From assembly GCA_002793515.1 (NCBI GenBank), contig PFEU01000018.1, positions 32,203-96,202 of the forward strand: DNA of 64,000 nucleotides, read 5' to 3'. Position 1 is the stretch's first letter, and every line of letters begins with the position of its first letter. The notes beneath the pieces are model-generated. The model saw only the letters and a list, made by a program, of their open reading frames with translations. It was not told the DNA's origin and searched no databases. Shown in pieces: positions 20,074 to 30,091 of the stretch. Source of the DNA: Candidatus Uhrbacteria bacterium CG10_big_fil_rev_8_21_14_0_10_48_16. Its GTDB lineage: Bacteria; Patescibacteriota; Patescibacteriia; UBA9934; GWF2-40-263. The translations under genes and the position numbers were made by a program.

Positions 20074-21063
20074 CTACTCGCTCGTTTTTTGATTAATCTG
20101 TGTAATCTCATACCCGCCAAATCCCTGAACAATCCCATCCCTACTTAGAAGTTCAAGATTCCCTTGTGACAACGGCGTGAGTTGAATTTTGAGAATGATT
20201 GGATTTTCTGGATTAGCTAAAATTTTATAGCTCGCAAAAGCATTCTTCGCTTCTACCACCTGAACGGTGGTTTTCACCCCATCAACCAACAACGTATAGT
20301 CACCCCATTTTGGATTCGCTTCAAGCCGAGAAAGAGAATTACTTTCTAAAGCTGTTTCTTCCGTCACGCCTGTTTCTTCTTCTCCAGATTCTTCAGAGGA
20401 AGAAGGGAGAAATGGGGTGATGAATGATGAAACTGAATCCATAAACGACTCAACCTCATCTGTAACGGCTTCGACCTTCATGAGTGATTCATCAAACAAC
20501 CCGAGACTCACCGTGGTTGATCGCGTGTTAACAAGCTCATCGAAATGATTACGTGCCAACCAGATGAGCGATGACTCAACCACCCCACCCTCTCCAATGG
20601 GCCAAGCCGATGGAAGCATGAGCGTATCCGCACTCGCTAATACGTGGCTTGAAAGAGTTCCTTCAACGATTTCTTGTTCATAGGTCGGTTCAGGAGGTTC
20701 TGGAATCTCCAATCCAACAGGAGATTGAGCATAGAGTGCATCATACTCGGCTTTTTCTTGCTTTGAGGCCTCTGTCTCAACATCGGTTGCAATCGTCCAG
20801 GAGAGAGCAACTCGTTCTCCTGAAACCCACTCGACAATCATCACGTCTCGCACTTCTTCCTCTCCTCCAAACCACCCAACAAGCGTCCCTCCGACTCCCA
20901 ACACCGTTGGTCTCACCATCACATGTGACCCATTCGCAAGCGTAAGTGAGTTCGCCGCTTCCTCTGGACTCATGATCGAGACAGGAGTCGTAACACATCC
21001 TGAGCCTATAAAAACGAAGGCGAGAAATCCTGTTACGAACATCCATCTCGAATGGTGAAACAT
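20074..21063 (-). CDS. Putative lipoprotein
   Basis: Hydrophobic N-terminus ending IGSGC (lipobox-like); acidic linkers. Confidence 0.65.
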   Translation of the reverse strand: MFHHSRWMFVTGFLAFVFIGSGCVTTPVSIMSPEEAANSLTLANGSHVMVRPTVLGVGGTLVGWFGGEEEVRDVMIVEWVSGERVALSWTIATDVETEASKQEKAEYDALYAQSPVGLEIPEPPEPTYEQEIVEGTLSSHVLASADTLMLPSAWPIGEGGVVESSLIWLARNHFDELVNTRSTTVSLGLFDESLMKVEAVTDEVESFMDSVSSFITPFLPSSSEESGEEETGVTEETALESNSLSRLEANPKWGDYTLLVDGVKTTVQVVEAKNAFASYKILANPENPIILKIQLTPLSQGNLELLSRDGIVQGFGGYEITQINQKTSE

Positions 21064-21072
21064 ATTGATTGT

Positions 21073-21342
21073 TTATTCTTCTGTTAATTCTTTTCCTTGT
21101 GCCCACGCACGAACCCGTTCCTCTGGAGCTGAACCACAGATAAACTGATCATTTTTTGAGTTGTAAAAATACGGAACCCCTCCACATCTGCCCTTATCGA
21201 CTCCTTCAAGTTGCTTGGCATGTTCTTCATTATGCCACGTCTCGAGCTTTGTAATCTCTATCCCTTCCTGTATGAGTGTATCAACAAGAGGCATCATATC
21301 ATGACAGTGCGGACATTCTTCTCCGTAGTAAAAAAACAGCAT
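21073..21342 (-). CDS. Thioredoxin/glutaredoxin-like protein
   Basis: YGEECPHC motif and GVPYF cis-Pro loop; start MLFFYY at 21342. Confidence 0.85.
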   Translation of the reverse strand: MLFFYYGEECPHCHDMMPLVDTLIQEGIEITKLETWHNEEHAKQLEGVDKGRCGGVPYFYNSKNDQFICGSAPEERVRAWAQGKELTEE

Positions 21343-21402
21343 AACGTGAGATGATAAGTAATAAAGTAGGATTAAATCCTTAATACCTGCTAGAATCTTA
21401 TC

Positions 21403-22005
21403 ATGCTCCAAAAGATTCTCACAGCCGTCCTGTTCGTAGCGATTCTTGGCTTGCTTGTTGCCCAGCGTTTTTTTTCGATTGAAACTCCCCTCCCCACTCG
21501 AATTACGGCCGTTCATGGTGAAAGCCTGTATCACATCGACGCACTCCTCGAACGAGGACAATCCATCACGACTTCTGATGAATACCTTTCCTTTTATATT
21601 GGAAGTGACACACAGATCTATATGGCACCTCGAACACGCATCGAGTTAGCAAGAACATACGAAAGCGAACTTGAACTTCGATTCACAAAAGGACGAATCG
21701 TTGTCGTCGCCGACTCGCATACGCCTGTAACGATCAAGACAAACCATACACATCATCGGGTTTACCAAGACTCAGCATCCTTTATCAACTATGACTTTCT
21801 CGAGACGATCCACATCATCCCCCTAACGGGATACATCCAGACAACCATCGATTCCACTGGAGAGAGCCTTCTTACTCCTGAAGCCCTGTCCATCCACGAA
21901 ACAGATCCTGTCACCGTCGAGACGATTCAAGTAAACCTCCTCGCTGGAGATGCAACAGATTTCTATCAATGGACCGAAATCTTTCCAGACTTGATTACTC
22001 AATAA
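21403..22005 (+). CDS. Membrane-anchored FecR-like beta protein
   Basis: N-terminal TM; 'GQSITT...IYMAPRTRIEL...LRFTKGRI' resembles the FecR domain. Confidence 0.55.
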   Translation: MLQKILTAVLFVAILGLLVAQRFFSIETPLPTRITAVHGESLYHIDALLERGQSITTSDEYLSFYIGSDTQIYMAPRTRIELARTYESELELRFTKGRIVVVADSHTPVTIKTNHTHHRVYQDSASFINYDFLETIHIIPLTGYIQTTIDSTGESLLTPEALSIHETDPVTVETIQVNLLAGDATDFYQWTEIFPDLITQ

Positions 22006-23074
22006 TCCCCCCACCTAACACTTTCTCTCCAGCATACAAAACAATCGACTGTCCTGGAGTGACCGCGCGCTGAGGCTCATGAAATGTCACCTCGATTTGA
22101 TCATCAGAAAGTGACGTAATGGTGCATTCCTGAGAGGTTTGTCGATAGCGGATGCGAGCAAGACACGCGTACGGAGCCGTTGGTTTTTCAAACCAGTTCA
22201 ACTGAGAAGCCGTAAGGCTTTTTTTGAATAGTGCGGGATGATAATTACTTGAAACGACGAGCTCATTTGTCTCCACACGTTTCTCAACGACATAATAAGG
22301 CGTCCCTCCCCCAATCCCGAGTCCTTGGCGCTGACCAAACGTGTAGAACGCAAGACCCTCATGGGTCCCAATAACCTCTCCATCAACAGTCACCACGTTT
22401 CCAGGATTTTTTGGGAGACGTTCCTGCAAAAAGGTGCGCATATCAACTTCTCCCACAAAACAGATTCCTGTTGAATCCTTTTTGTCTGCGACCTCTAACC
22501 CGTGTTCTTTGGCCTTCTTTCTGACCTCAGACTTCTCCATCTCTCCGATCGGGAAGAGCACACGTGAAACAACCTCAGGGTTCATGGCCCAAAGAAAATA
22601 GCTCTGGTCCTTGTTGGTATCTAGACCGGTGTACAGCATCCCGTCGATTGAACGTGCGTAATGGCCGGTTGCCACGAAGTCACATTTCAATCGATCTGCT
22701 TCTTTCATGAATCGATCAAACTTAATGTACTTATTGCACATCACATCTGGGTTCGGTGTTCGTCCTGCCTCAAATTCGCGAAACATACTTTCCACAACAT
22801 CCCGTCGATATTCTTCTTCAAAATCAAATGTGACAAACGGGATTCCCAGCTTTGCTGCCACACGTGCCGCATCTCGACGTTCTTCCTTCCATCCACACTC
22901 TTTAAATTCCTCTCCGACCTGTTCCTCATCGGTTGATCGAGGTCCGCAAACGGATCCTGACCAATTCTTCATAAATGCCCCAATGACCTCATACCCCTGC
23001 TCAATCAAAAGAATGGCAGACACACTTGAGTCCACCCCTCCTGACATTCCGAGTAAGACTTTTTGCTTGTTCAC
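21995..23074 (-). CDS. mnmA: tRNA 2-thiouridylase MnmA
   Basis: MSGGVDSSV, TPNPDVMCN, ATGHYA, KDQSYFL, DSTGICF, AVTPGQ. Confidence 0.97.
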   Translation of the reverse strand: MNKQKVLLGMSGGVDSSVSAILLIEQGYEVIGAFMKNWSGSVCGPRSTDEEQVGEEFKECGWKEERRDAARVAAKLGIPFVTFDFEEEYRRDVVESMFREFEAGRTPNPDVMCNKYIKFDRFMKEADRLKCDFVATGHYARSIDGMLYTGLDTNKDQSYFLWAMNPEVVSRVLFPIGEMEKSEVRKKAKEHGLEVADKKDSTGICFVGEVDMRTFLQERLPKNPGNVVTVDGEVIGTHEGLAFYTFGQRQGLGIGGGTPYYVVEKRVETNELVVSSNYHPALFKKSLTASQLNWFEKPTAPYACLARIRYRQTSQECTITSLSDDQIEVTFHEPQRAVTPGQSIVLYAGEKVLGGGIIE

Positions 23075-23085
23075 AGAGATCGAAC

Positions 23086-24393
23086 CTACCTGATATCCTC
23101 AAATTTGCCAACATCCTCACGTAAGATAAAAAAATCTGTGAACTGGAGTTTTTCGTTATATTTCTGCAACAGATCAGAATACTGAAAGATCGGAACAAGC
23201 GTATGCCCATGAATGGTTTTCTTCTTTACATAGATCTTTTGCGCTTTCTCTGGACCTTCTCCTAAATGCGTTAGTTCTTTTTGAATCGTGTGGGTAAACC
23301 ACCGAACCCCGTTCGCATCACATAACTGCTTTAGCTCCTCAAGCGTCTTTTGATCCTCTTCTACAACCATGTCATGGAGGCGCAAGAGACGTCTTGCTGT
23401 AAGACGTCGCATGAGATGGACCGACCAGTAATGTTGATCGTTTCGTGAAGCCTCAAACAATTGCTCAATGACCGCCCCATCATGAAGGGCCGTATAGGCA
23501 TAGGGGTCCGTTGGAATAACCAGATTGATTTCCTTTTGGATAATGGCTTGCTCAAGATAGTGTGTGAAGCCTGCTTTTGTCTTATGGCAATACACTTGAT
23601 CGATCATGTGATATCGCGCAAGAAGCAAATCTTCAAAGGCACGAACTCCGTTCTCAGAAATTGTGAATACAAGCTCATCCTCACGCTCCTCAACTCCCAT
23701 ACTTGAAATAAGCCAGTCGATATCATACTGCCCATACGCCACCCCACAGTAATAGCTATCGCGAAGAAGGTAATCCATTCGATCGCAATCCACTTCTCCA
23801 GACACCAGCCCTTTCAAAACTTTTTGTAGACTTGGAACTTTTTCGCTCCGTGCGTTTAGCCACGCGGAGGGCTTGGCATCTGCATGAACCAGCGAACAAA
23901 TATCTTGTGCCATCTCTTCTGAGAGGATCCCTTCCTTTGCGAGCGTTTGAATCAAAAGAACACTGTAATCCTCATGCACAGCCTGACGATTCTCTGGAGT
24001 TCCTCGCCACCACGTCCAATTGATCGGAAGGGTCTCGAGTTTTGGAAAGACAATTTCTGACGCATGAGAAAAGGGTCCGTGCCCAATATCATGAAGAAGT
24101 CCCGCAAGCCGAACACGTGTACGAAGTTCGTTAAGCTCATCTGAACTCAAACGTTCTCGAAAAATATTCGAACTACTCGTTATGCGACCAAACAATCTTC
24201 CCGCCACATGCATCGCCCCAAGGGCATGCGTAAAACGATCATGGAGGGCTCCTGGATAGACATACGATTGGATGAACCCTAGTTGAGAAATAAAGCGTAA
24301 TCTCTGAAAAAACGGATGATCAATGATCTTCCGTTCAAAGGCATCAAATGAAATTCGTTTATGAATGGGGTCTCGAAGTTCGTAGGAGCTCAT
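23086..24393 (-). CDS. HD-domain phosphohydrolase (SAMHD1/dNTPase-like)
   Basis: RDPIH, FQRLR..QLG, RFTHALG, LLHDIGHGPFSH, DCDRMDYL.RD. Confidence 0.92.
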   Translation of the reverse strand: MSSYELRDPIHKRISFDAFERKIIDHPFFQRLRFISQLGFIQSYVYPGALHDRFTHALGAMHVAGRLFGRITSSSNIFRERLSSDELNELRTRVRLAGLLHDIGHGPFSHASEIVFPKLETLPINWTWWRGTPENRQAVHEDYSVLLIQTLAKEGILSEEMAQDICSLVHADAKPSAWLNARSEKVPSLQKVLKGLVSGEVDCDRMDYLLRDSYYCGVAYGQYDIDWLISSMGVEEREDELVFTISENGVRAFEDLLLARYHMIDQVYCHKTKAGFTHYLEQAIIQKEINLVIPTDPYAYTALHDGAVIEQLFEASRNDQHYWSVHLMRRLTARRLLRLHDMVVEEDQKTLEELKQLCDANGVRWFTHTIQKELTHLGEGPEKAQKIYVKKKTIHGHTLVPIFQYSDLLQKYNEKLQFTDFFILREDVGKFEDIR

Positions 24394-24399
24394 AGATCC

Positions 24400-25197
24400 C
24401 TAGCTTAGCAGGAGGATCGCCATACCGACAACTATCCGAAACACCGATAACTCCGCAAAACTATAACGCTTCAGAAAAACAAGAAGAAATCTCACGGTGA
24501 GGTAAGCACTGATCATCGCAACCATGAACCCCACAAGGAGTGGCATCGCCTCGATCACCTGTTCTCCACGTGCCACACTCCCGAGTTTCAAAAAGCCTGC
24601 GGCAGCAATAGTTGGAATGGCTAATAAAAACGAAAACCGAGCAGCGGTCTCACGAGAAAGTCCCGTTGCAAGCCCCGCGGTGATGGTTATTCCTGAACGT
24701 GAGGTTCCAGGGATAAGTGCGATGACTTGAGCAAGACCAATCATAATCGCACGCTTTAACCCAACATCTTGTGGTCGATCCTTTTTTGTTTTGGCGTATC
24801 GGTCAACAAGATACAAAACAACTCCCCACACAATAAACGACCACGCAACAACGGTCGCAGAACGAAATTCAACCTCAAGAATATTCTGCACAAGATAGCC
24901 GATCGCCATGACAGGAATGGTCGCAAGAACGATCCAGACCGCAAGTTTACGCCAAGCAACCGATGCGTGATCCTTTGCTGGAACAAGAAGCGCGAGACTC
25001 ATCGCCTTCACCTCTGGCCACAGAGCCACAACAATGGCCAAAAGGGACGCAATGTGAAGAAAGGCATCAAACGCAAGACTTTGCACCTGCCAACCGAAAA
25101 ATTCGGGAATCAAAATCAAAAAGCCTGAACTTGAAATGGGAAGAAACTCGGTAATCCCTTGAACCAATCCCAAAATGACCGCTTGAAAAATAGTCAT
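24400..25197 (-). CDS. uppP: Undecaprenyl-diphosphatase
   Basis: QGITEFLPISSSG, ALIPGTSRSGITI, ARFSFLL. Confidence 0.96.
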   Translation of the reverse strand: MTIFQAVILGLVQGITEFLPISSSGFLILIPEFFGWQVQSLAFDAFLHIASLLAIVVALWPEVKAMSLALLVPAKDHASVAWRKLAVWIVLATIPVMAIGYLVQNILEVEFRSATVVAWSFIVWGVVLYLVDRYAKTKKDRPQDVGLKRAIMIGLAQVIALIPGTSRSGITITAGLATGLSRETAARFSFLLAIPTIAAAGFLKLGSVARGEQVIEAMPLLVGFMVAMISAYLTVRFLLVFLKRYSFAELSVFRIVVGMAILLLS

Positions 25198-25200
25198 AGT

Positions 25201-27438
25201 TTACTCAAAACGAATGGTTTGCCCTGTCTTTAAACTTCCTGATTGCGTTGTGGGTTTTGACTCCTGCGGTGCTGGAGCTGATTCCCTAACCGGTTGTTTT
25301 GGGGTCACGACTGGTGCCGGGCGATCAGAGGGTGATTTCGAGACTATAGGGCGTTGTGATCCAACAGATGGTTCTGGTGTCGTCCTGGCCGGGGCTGTTG
25401 TTCCTGTTTGCGCAGACGTAACCCCTCTTGAAGCATCAGGTGATTTTCGTTTCCGTTTGCGCTTGCGTTTCGTTGGATCCGATGATGTCTGAGACGGACC
25501 CGAGGGATCTGGACGTGTCTCCCCTCTTCTCTTTGCTCGAATCTTCTCAAGACAGTTCTGACAAAATAGGGGTCTTGATGGATCAAGCTTTACTCCAGCA
25601 CTAAACAGCGTGGCGCAATCAGAGCAGGTATATTCGTACGAATCTTTTTGTTTCTCTGTTGTGACTGACGGAACAGGAACAGGTTCCTTCCGTTCTTGTT
25701 TGACTGGTACAGGAATCGGCTCTGGGTCCAGAATGCGCTCAACAATAACGGTCGGCTCTCCCTCAACCGCTGGTTCGACACGAACTTCTTCCCTTGTCTC
25801 CCTTTCCGGTTTCACTAACGAACCAAGACTAATGGAAGGTTCATCAGGAAGTCGTTCGATGCTTGCTCCTTCTGACGGGCTCGGTGATTTCTCAACCTGT
25901 TTCGTTTCAGCACGACTTGCTCCACTCCGATCTGATGTTTTCCCCTTTTTCCCTTTACGTTCCTCTCGAACAATCGTAATACAATCATCACAATAGATAG
26001 GCCGAGATCGATCCAGTTCCACAGGAAGAACCACTTCCGTGTTACATCGCGTACAGTTATATTCAAACCTTGGTTTTCCGCCTGATGCTTGCGTGCTTGC
26101 CTGTTTCTTTTGTTCCGCGACCTTCATCATCTCATCCACATCCGCATTCGCCATCCCACTCCAAACAAGAATCTTGTCTTCAATCGCAGAACGTGGTTGA
26201 GCATACCGTTCTCGAGAGATCTTAATGACTTTTTGTGCTGAATTTGTGATCTGCGCAATAGGAGGAAGAGTGATGGCCGAAAATGGTTGGCTTGTCACCC
26301 CATCGATCAACAGCTTGATGTAGATATTATATTTTGGCAGGTTGATAATGTCCTCTGGGGTAAATCGTGGCATGAACTCTGCCTCCATAAACATGGCGTC
26401 CGGTGAACCTACACGAAACGTAATCATGGTTCCTACGTTTCCAAATACGGCATCACGTACCGGCTCTGTGAGCTGGGCAATATACTGGTGCGCCATAGTC
26501 AAACACAGACGATACTTTCGTGCCTCAGACAAAATACTGGCAAATGACTCAACCGCAAAGTTTTGAAATTCGTCGACGTAGAGGTAAAAATCCAATCGCT
26601 GATCTTCAGGAATATCCACACGTTCCATGGCAGCAAGTTGAATTTTCGTAATGACCAATCCACCCAACAACCGCGAATTATCCTCTCCAATACGACCTTT
26701 TGAAAGGTTAATAATGAAAATCTTTTCGGTATCCATGATCTCACGGATATTGATCGTTGATTTCACCTGCGCCACGATATTTCGAATCACTCCTGCAGAC
26801 AAGAACTGACCGATCTTATTTTGAATGGCCGCCGTTGCTTCGGTCGCATACTTTTCTGTCCAACTTGCAAACTCTGTCACCCAAAACTGTTTCACCACAG
26901 GATCCTTCACATTTCCCACCATCCGCTTTCGATATTCTGCATCCGACATCATGCGATTAATTCCAAGCATGGTCTGACCCTGGTTATCCAAAAGGGCCAA
27001 CAACGTATTGTTGAGAATGTACTCCATTCGACTAGACCACATGTTCTCCCAAATTTTTGCGAAGACCGCCATCATTCCCGATGCCACAAGATGCTTATGG
27101 CGCTCATCTACCGCCTCGAGAATATTGAATCCAACCGGATATTCAAGGTCAGCCGGGTTGAAATACACCACATCATTTAACCGCCAACTTGGGATGAAAT
27201 CGATCAATTTTTCAGCGGTGTCTCCATGTGGATCCACATAACAACACCCATGCCCTGCGTAGATATCAGACAGCGTAAGATTTTCAAGCAGAACACTCTT
27301 TCCCATACCTGTCTTTCCAATCACATACATGTGACGGCGTCGGTCGTCCGTTTTGATTCCAAACTTCGTCATCTGATTTCGGAAGTTTGTTTTCGCGAAG
27401 TAATTTACTTCGTTCTCGTGATCATGATTATATGACAT
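25201..27438 (-). CDS. TraD/VirD4-like (T4CP/HerA-type) ATPase with two CxxC-x17-CxxC zinc ribbons in a disordered C-tail
   Basis: DRRRHMYVIGKTGMGKS, DPHGD, YVDEFQNF, SEARKY..AHQY; CTRC..CDDC and CSDC..CQNC. Confidence 0.88.
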   Translation of the reverse strand: MSYNHDHENEVNYFAKTNFRNQMTKFGIKTDDRRRHMYVIGKTGMGKSVLLENLTLSDIYAGHGCCYVDPHGDTAEKLIDFIPSWRLNDVVYFNPADLEYPVGFNILEAVDERHKHLVASGMMAVFAKIWENMWSSRMEYILNNTLLALLDNQGQTMLGINRMMSDAEYRKRMVGNVKDPVVKQFWVTEFASWTEKYATEATAAIQNKIGQFLSAGVIRNIVAQVKSTINIREIMDTEKIFIINLSKGRIGEDNSRLLGGLVITKIQLAAMERVDIPEDQRLDFYLYVDEFQNFAVESFASILSEARKYRLCLTMAHQYIAQLTEPVRDAVFGNVGTMITFRVGSPDAMFMEAEFMPRFTPEDIINLPKYNIYIKLLIDGVTSQPFSAITLPPIAQITNSAQKVIKISRERYAQPRSAIEDKILVWSGMANADVDEMMKVAEQKKQASTQASGGKPRFEYNCTRCNTEVVLPVELDRSRPIYCDDCITIVREERKGKKGKTSDRSGASRAETKQVEKSPSPSEGASIERLPDEPSISLGSLVKPERETREEVRVEPAVEGEPTVIVERILDPEPIPVPVKQERKEPVPVPSVTTEKQKDSYEYTCSDCATLFSAGVKLDPSRPLFCQNCLEKIRAKRRGETRPDPSGPSQTSSDPTKRKRKRKRKSPDASRGVTSAQTGTTAPARTTPEPSVGSQRPIVSKSPSDRPAPVVTPKQPVRESAPAPQESKPTTQSGSLKTGQTIRFE

Positions 27439-27446
27439 GTGAATAT

Positions 27447-29135
27447 CTAGATAGGTAAATTTGGAGGGACGCTCTCTGAATCCTCTTCGGAACGTCCTTC
27501 TGAAATAGATGGTTCCACTAATCCCTGGAGCGGATCTATGTCTTCGTGCGGAGATAGCTCTTGTTCTTCTTCGACGTACCTTTCTCGCTCATCTTCAATC
27601 GTTGAAACATGTTGTTTAATCGGAGAATGAATGCGTGGAAGCGATTTTACCTGTTGCTCATCAGAAAGAGGCGCAAACGCAATCCCTGGAGGCACAAATA
27701 ACCCATCGTCTAGATCGTGAATCCCTTGATCGATCGGCATTCCCTGAGCCGCTTCTTCTCTCGCACGCCCCATACCGGACAATGTCTCTTCCAAAAAGGT
27801 AATCGGCAAGCCTGTCGGTGGTTCGGCACGTTTGGATTCGCTCTTTTTCACAAGTGGAGCCTTCATCGTAATCGTTGGGAAGTGCCACAGCGTCGCAAGT
27901 TCTTCCACATTCAAAAACACAGGAGTTGCTCCAACCCCCCAACTTCGATTCTGATACGCACTCATGAGCCGATGTTGTTTTTTTGTATACACCCAGCGCA
28001 TCCAGAAATAATCATCCTTCGGAACCTGAGGAATATAGAGCGTAAACTTATTGAAGTTCAAATGGGAATATGCACTAAACACTCCTTTCACAATGGCCGT
28101 TCGTTCTACTTTTACAAACGCATTCTTCTGCGCAACATATAACACACGGACCTTCACTCCATGACCCACCTTTGTTGCTTTTGTGAGAATGGCTTCAGCT
28201 TCATCTTTTTGTGGCAACGTAATCTTAAACGCTTTCCATGGATCATCTTCTCCTGCAGGAACGTTTGTTCCAAGAAGGTTGCTTAAATCGATTCCCGTTG
28301 CATGCTCTAACAATCCTGCAGGCCAAGAAACCGTTGAATTGAGTGTTCCAAGAAACGCACTCTGTTTCGGCTTATCCTCATCTCCATACACCTTCCGAAC
28401 ATAATCAACGCTTTTCTTTTGCCAGTCATTACTTGATGGTTGGACCAAAAACTGAATCCAGAAATGTTCTCCTGCACGCATTTTAGCGAGCTGTTCAAGC
28501 GTAAGTCCCAACGGATCTTTAATTTCCTGAGTCATTCGATCCTCAAAATCAACATATGTCCGAATAGGAAACATCTGGTTTTTATCAAGAGTCACCTCTG
28601 CTCCCCACATTTCGTGTGTGTCGTTTGGAAACTCGTTTGGAAACTTATTCGCATAATCTTCCACCTCTGAAATTTCAGCTTCAGGGTAATGCGCATAAAT
28701 TCCTGCTTCAACCACATCTCGAAATCGCGTCTGGGTTCGAACCAAAAACTGAATATACCCTTCCGTAGAAACAATCTCGAATGAGAATACCGGGTGAAGC
28801 TTTCCGTAAATCCAATGCTCCTTCCAGGTAATGGTCGACTTCGCTGCATACAAAGAAGCAAAGAGATTCTCCAACGCTTTTGGCGTCTGTTCTGTCATGC
28901 TTGGAACATCAATTGCGAGAATCGTGAATTTCAATTTCCCAACAAAAATTCCACGACGGTAGTTTAACCACATTTCTCGAAACCCCCATCCGAGCGTAAG
29001 CGCAATTGGAATCCACCCAAACCAAATGAGCAGATCAAAAAGAATGAGATCAATCGGTTGAGCAAAGAACGAGACGTTACCTGAAACCGTCTCAGTTGCT
29101 TGGCTTACGATGGGGATGGCAAGCAAAGGTAGCAT
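27447..29135 (-). CDS. Membrane-anchored CPR-type partner of the TraD-like ATPase
   Basis: N-terminal TM; 'FSFEIVS..G.IQF', 'YPEAEISEVEDY', 'LNVEELATLWHFP', C-terminal PPNLPI. Confidence 0.7.
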   Translation of the reverse strand: MLPLLAIPIVSQATETVSGNVSFFAQPIDLILFDLLIWFGWIPIALTLGWGFREMWLNYRRGIFVGKLKFTILAIDVPSMTEQTPKALENLFASLYAAKSTITWKEHWIYGKLHPVFSFEIVSTEGYIQFLVRTQTRFRDVVEAGIYAHYPEAEISEVEDYANKFPNEFPNDTHEMWGAEVTLDKNQMFPIRTYVDFEDRMTQEIKDPLGLTLEQLAKMRAGEHFWIQFLVQPSSNDWQKKSVDYVRKVYGDEDKPKQSAFLGTLNSTVSWPAGLLEHATGIDLSNLLGTNVPAGEDDPWKAFKITLPQKDEAEAILTKATKVGHGVKVRVLYVAQKNAFVKVERTAIVKGVFSAYSHLNFNKFTLYIPQVPKDDYFWMRWVYTKKQHRLMSAYQNRSWGVGATPVFLNVEELATLWHFPTITMKAPLVKKSESKRAEPPTGLPITFLEETLSGMGRAREEAAQGMPIDQGIHDLDDGLFVPPGIAFAPLSDEQQVKSLPRIHSPIKQHVSTIEDERERYVEEEQELSPHEDIDPLQGLVEPSISEGRSEEDSESVPPNLPI

Positions 29136-29199
29136 AAAGATAAACCCATTGTAGCAAAAAACTGGGTTCTCACCCAGTCTTTTATTCACCCCCTCCTCG

Positions 29200-30090
29200 T
29201 TACTTTTTCTTTCGCAATTCCCAAGCTACTAAGAGTGGGCTCGCAAGAAAAATAGATGAGTAGGTTCCCACACCGATTCCGATCATAAGGGCACAGGCAA
29301 ACGGACGTGTACTGTCTCCCCCAAAAAGGAAGATGGCGAGTAATGCAAGAATGGTTGTCAAACTTGTGTTTATAGATCGCGTGATCGTTTGTTCAATACT
29401 GACCTCAACCGTTTCTTCAAACGTATCCCCCACACGCTTCAACAAGTTTTCTCGTGTTCGATCAAAGACCACCACGGTATCGTTAATGGAGTACCCGAGA
29501 ATCGTCAAAATAGCAGCCACAAACGCGGTTCCGATCTCCCATCCATAAACATATCCGAGAACGGAAAAGGCTCCCACGGTAATAACGACGTCATGAAACG
29601 CCGCAAAAATCGTTAAGAATCCATATTTCCACGAGGCAACAGGCTCTGTCACTTTTCGGAATGCCCAAGCAATATACAACCCGATTAAGAGAAGCGTCAC
29701 AACAATCCCCGTTGTAGCCGTTCGTCGAAGCTCTTCCCCAACAACCGGCCCGATCGAGTCAAAACGAAGTTCCTCCACTTCCCCAATCTGTCCTTCAAGA
29801 GCGGTAAGAAGTGTTTGGTGTTCTTCTTCTGTAAGATCTTCTGTGCGAATAATGAGACCTTGTTCACCACTGGCTTGAATGCTCAAGTTTGTGTAGCCCA
29901 CGTCTGCCATGGACACCCGAACTTCCTCGGCTTGAACAGGTTGTTGCACTTCAACCTCCAAAAGACTTCCTCCAGTGAAATCAATTCCGAAGCGTAATCC
30001 AATGAATGCCACAGCGAGAATGCTCGAGAGCACCAAAACTCCTGAAAGGACAAACCACGTATTTCGATTAGCAATAATATTGATCTTCAT
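29200..30090 (-). CDS. secF: Protein translocase subunit SecF
   Basis: GIDFTGG, IGPVVGEEL, HDV, GYSINDTVVVFDRTRE, GTYSSIFLA. Confidence 0.97.
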   Translation of the reverse strand: MKINIIANRNTWFVLSGVLVLSSILAVAFIGLRFGIDFTGGSLLEVEVQQPVQAEEVRVSMADVGYTNLSIQASGEQGLIIRTEDLTEEEHQTLLTALEGQIGEVEELRFDSIGPVVGEELRRTATTGIVVTLLLIGLYIAWAFRKVTEPVASWKYGFLTIFAAFHDVVITVGAFSVLGYVYGWEIGTAFVAAILTILGYSINDTVVVFDRTRENLLKRVGDTFEETVEVSIEQTITRSINTSLTTILALLAIFLFGGDSTRPFACALMIGIGVGTYSSIFLASPLLVAWELRKKK

Positions 30091-30091
30091 A

